IMG/VR virus record: IMGVR_UViG_3300020044_004078
Span: 1-28,392 of that record
Source: a virus
Taxonomy: Duplodnaviria > Caudoviricetes
DNA: 28,392 nucleotides
Direction: 5' to 3' (one strand)
Shown piece after piece: positions 26,106-28,392 of this stretch. The stretch's first letter is position 1. The number at the start of each line of letters is the position of its first letter. The position numbers and the translations under genes are program-made. The notes beneath the pieces are model-generated. The model searched no databases. It saw only the letters and a program-made list of their open reading frames with translations, and was not told where the DNA came from.

Positions 26106-26668
26106 GTAAAGTCCGCCACGTATTGATCTAACACACGCTTAATTGGAGCTGGTAGATTAGTAGATGCAACGTAATTAATTTGTGTAGTGTTAGGATTTAA
26201 GTCACGGCTACTGTGTACAGCACCATTGTTTCTTGAATAGTACTCAATTAAATCTAAGACCGCTAGCTTTAAATCGCCTGGGATAACATCGTACCCGCCA
26301 AAATAACTTACACGATATCCATTAATTACTTCAGGAAATCCGCCTGGGGCTAAGCTAATGATTGAATCGCCTTTAATAACCCAGTCTTCAAACTTTGTTA
26401 AATTTGTGTATGTTTTTCCATAGTCTTCACTATACTGTACTGATGCTACTGTTACAAGAGGAGTCTCTTTTAATAAGAGCTCTTTAAAACCACCGTCATA
26501 ATATTCAATTTTAATGTCGCTGTAGAAGTCTACAAAAGTGCGACGGCAATATGATTTCACTAAGTCGCTAACTTTAGGTATTAGGAAATCAATTTCTGTA
26601 TCTGAATTTGTGCTGGTAATCCCCATGTAAGTTTTGTATTCAGCTTTTGTAACTAAATTTATTGCCAT
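26102..26668 (-). CDS. Head completion / head-tail connector protein (T5 p144-like; 188 aa)
   Basis: LVTKAEYK.Y.GI...LIPKVSDLVKSYCRR...Y.GGY..IPGDLKLAVLDL connector pattern. Start moved from 26716 to the ATG at 26668 (RBS TGAGGT); the longer start lies inside hairpins. Confidence 0.82.
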   Translation of the reverse strand: MAINLVTKAEYKTYMGITSTNSDTEIDFLIPKVSDLVKSYCRRTFVDFYSDIKIEYYDGGFKELLLKETPLVTVASVQYSEDYGKTYTNLTKFEDWVIKGDSIISLAPGGFPEVINGYRVSYFGGYDVIPGDLKLAVLDLIEYYSRNNGAVHSSRDLNPNTTQINYVASTNLPAPIKRVLDQYVADFT

Positions 26669-26709
26669 AAATACCTCACTTGTTTTATAAAGGCACAAAA
26701 TACCTTTAT

Positions 26710-26735
26710 AAAACAAGACCCCGAAGGGTCTTGTT
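26710..26735 (-). terminator. Terminator after the major capsid gene with a C(UUCG)G tetraloop
   Basis: Minus strand AACAAGACCC-TTCG-GGGTCTTGTT followed by TTATA; 10-bp perfect stem, short U tract. Confidence 0.8.
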
Positions 26736-26752
26736 AAGTTTATTACCGCTAA

Positions 26753-28114
26753 TTAAGCAGAGTAAACTAATTTAGTAACAGCAGCACCGTAGTTGGTAGT
26801 AACTTTAGTCATACCAGTACGTAAGCTAGCAACCATCACACGACGTTGTGTTTCCACTAACTCTTGTGTGTCGATACGCAGACCGCGTTGATTACCAACG
26901 ATAAAGTTGCTTGCATTCAAGCAGATGATGCCGGTAGCACCAGAAGCTGGAGCAGCGAACTCACCAGAAACTAACACAGGGCTTCCACCGATTTGACCGA
27001 TTTGACCAGTCAACAGAGTAGCTTGTGTACCAACTTGGTTCATAGTTTGGAAAGTTGTGTCTTCGAGCAAGTTGTAATATGTATCGGTATTAACGATATA
27101 CACAACTTCTTGAGGATCCAGACCCCAAACACCAAGACCTTTACGCAATGAACGCAAAGCAGCAACAGTAGCAACATAAGAAGCTGAAGGTGTAGAAGTA
27201 GTAGTGTTACCTGTAGAGTTGGTAGCCAAAGTAGCTAAACCAGCAACAGGGTCAGAACCAGAACCAGCACCTAACAAGAAGGCCTTGTCAACAGCGCGAG
27301 CAACACGACGAATCATACCATCACGGATGATTGGCATCAAAGCCAACAATGCGTCTTCTTCTTCTTCGTAAGCTGTATACTCATTAGTAGCAACTTTATA
27401 TGCATTCAAAGTAATTTCTTTGAGAGCGTGTGTGGCATTTCCACCAGCAGAAGGACCAGCTGCACCAAGGGTAGCAGGAACAGCGCCAAAGTTAGCATTT
27501 TGCACCCAAGTAGCAGTACCTGCTTCTGGATTCACGGGGATAGTCATCACATTGGTTTGCATAGCAATGTTGCGGAAGATAGGAGCAACAACCAAACGAC
27601 GACGAACTTCAGCTTCTAAGTTCAAAGAAACTTCGAGTTCCCATGTAGCTGAAGGCACGTGAGCACCATACTTCTCAACTAATTGGCGACCAGTTTTTGT
27701 GCCATCGACAGACTTACCGGCCATCTTAGCTAACATAACTGCTTTTTCCTTTTCAGCATAAGACATACCGTCTTTGGCTTCTTGGAAAGACATTTTAGAT
27801 TTTGTGATTGCTTCGATTTCAGAAGCTTTCTCTTTTAAAGAGGCTTCTAAACCAGCGATAACTGATTTGCTTGACTCTTCGGCTTTTTCCAAGCGCTTCT
27901 CAACTTCAGCTAACAAGCGCTCAGCACCTGTGTCACCAGTAGAGATAGAGGCAACAGCGGCTTTAACGCGTGCATCTAATTCGGCTTCAGCCTTGTCAGC
28001 AGCGGCTTTTTCGGCCAATGCTTTTGCCTGTGTATCGGCGATGGCTTTTGCAGTTTGCTCAGCCGCTTTGCTAGCTGTGTCAGCTAACAGTTGTTCTAAT
28101 TGTTTTGGATCCAT
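26753..28114 (-). CDS. Major capsid protein, HK97 fold with N-terminal coiled-coil scaffold domain (453 aa from the internal start)
   Basis: MDPKQLEQLL start with AAAGGA upstream, then ~150 aa of Ala/Glu/Lys coiled coil, then the capsid core (EVRRRLVVAPIF, IPVNPEAG, EITLNAYKV, VARAVDKAFLLG, GQIGQIGGSPVLVS). Size is similar to T5 pb8; followed by a terminator. Confidence 0.9.
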   Translation of the reverse strand: MDPKQLEQLLADTASKAAEQTAKAIADTQAKALAEKAAADKAEAELDARVKAAVASISTGDTGAERLLAEVEKRLEKAEESSKSVIAGLEASLKEKASEIEAITKSKMSFQEAKDGMSYAEKEKAVMLAKMAGKSVDGTKTGRQLVEKYGAHVPSATWELEVSLNLEAEVRRRLVVAPIFRNIAMQTNVMTIPVNPEAGTATWVQNANFGAVPATLGAAGPSAGGNATHALKEITLNAYKVATNEYTAYEEEEDALLALMPIIRDGMIRRVARAVDKAFLLGAGSGSDPVAGLATLATNSTGNTTTSTPSASYVATVAALRSLRKGLGVWGLDPQEVVYIVNTDTYYNLLEDTTFQTMNQVGTQATLLTGQIGQIGGSPVLVSGEFAAPASGATGIICLNASNFIVGNQRGLRIDTQELVETQRRVMVASLRTGMTKVTTNYGAAVTKLVYSA

Positions 28115-28392
28115 TTTCCATTCCTTTTTGACTTCGCTGCTTGCTTCCGTTGAGGATTCTAGCCCTTTAGCTGACTCGCTGTCGGGTGCAAACTGCATTT
28201 TGAAAGATTTAAATTCTTCGGCTGTATCGAACGCCTTAGAAAGACTAAATAGTGTATTTTGATTAGCTGGTACTGATACTACTGAAATTTCATGTAGTTC
28301 CAATTCCTTTACCACAAACAGCTCTGCAGCTGAGTTGTACTCCGCATCTACGATTCGGAATCCGATACTAAACGCCGTTAAAACGCCGTCTT
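28115..28392 (-). CDS. HK97-family prohead protease, C-terminal part (5' truncated), in frame with the capsid gene
   Basis: Translation from the window edge gives DGVLTAFSIGFRIVDAEYNSAAELFVVKELELHEISVVSVPANQN, containing the FSIGF and EISVVSVPAN prohead protease motifs. There is no stop before the capsid ATG. Confidence 0.88.

Noticed and set aside
26669-26716. ORF-track N-terminal extension MFYKGILCLYKTSEVF of the head completion protein
   Set aside because: It lies within the hairpins and lacks an RBS; the ATG at 26668 has TGAGGT at proper spacing.
1911-28262. Many plus-strand ORFs of 60-162 aa (e.g. 16887..17303, 27774..28262) and small alternate-frame minus ORFs (7174..7389, 7217..7414, 23208..23408)
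   Set aside because: They lie within or overlap long, well-supported minus-strand genes, mostly start at non-ATG codons and show no recognisable motifs; expected from codon bias.
28313-28315. GTG at 28315 as the start of a 520 aa capsid protein
   Set aside because: The frame stays open to the window edge and this codon lies inside the protease domain.
1-28392. Alternative genetic code, introns/inteins, tRNA genes or mobile elements
   Set aside because: Standard-code ORFs tile the window with tight overlaps; the few gaps are short and largely explained by terminators and promoters. No intein, homing endonuclease, transposase or cloverleaf signature was noticed by eye.

Overview
The window is one continuous, all minus-strand virion morphogenesis module of a tailed dsDNA siphophage, AT-rich and truncated at both ends. 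The head, neck and tail-tube genes resemble T5 (Demerecviridae-like). In transcription order (right to left): the C-terminal part of an HK97-type prohead protease running in frame into the major capsid protein, head completion protein, an unusually long (636 aa) tail completion-like protein, tail terminator, pb6-like tail tube, two tail assembly chaperones joined by a G-GGA-AAC -1 frameshift, and a ~1571 aa tape measure protein. The tail tip looks lambdoid rather than T5-like: a small Dit-like gene, a DUF1833-like gene and a 1576 aa NlpC/P60 + gpI-like + gpJ-like fusion. Next come a 1794 aa repeat-rich fibre with its chaperone and a separately promoted fibre/appendage cluster ending in a long collagen-like protein that the ORF track missed (<1..2440). 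Two perfect sigma70 promoters each sit just behind an intrinsic terminator. The most notable observations are the protease-capsid fusion with an internal RBS, a possible plug-and-socket chain of fibre proteins, the enlarged tail completion protein and the T5/lambda hybrid tail. All family assignments come from motif recognition and gene order, not from database searches.
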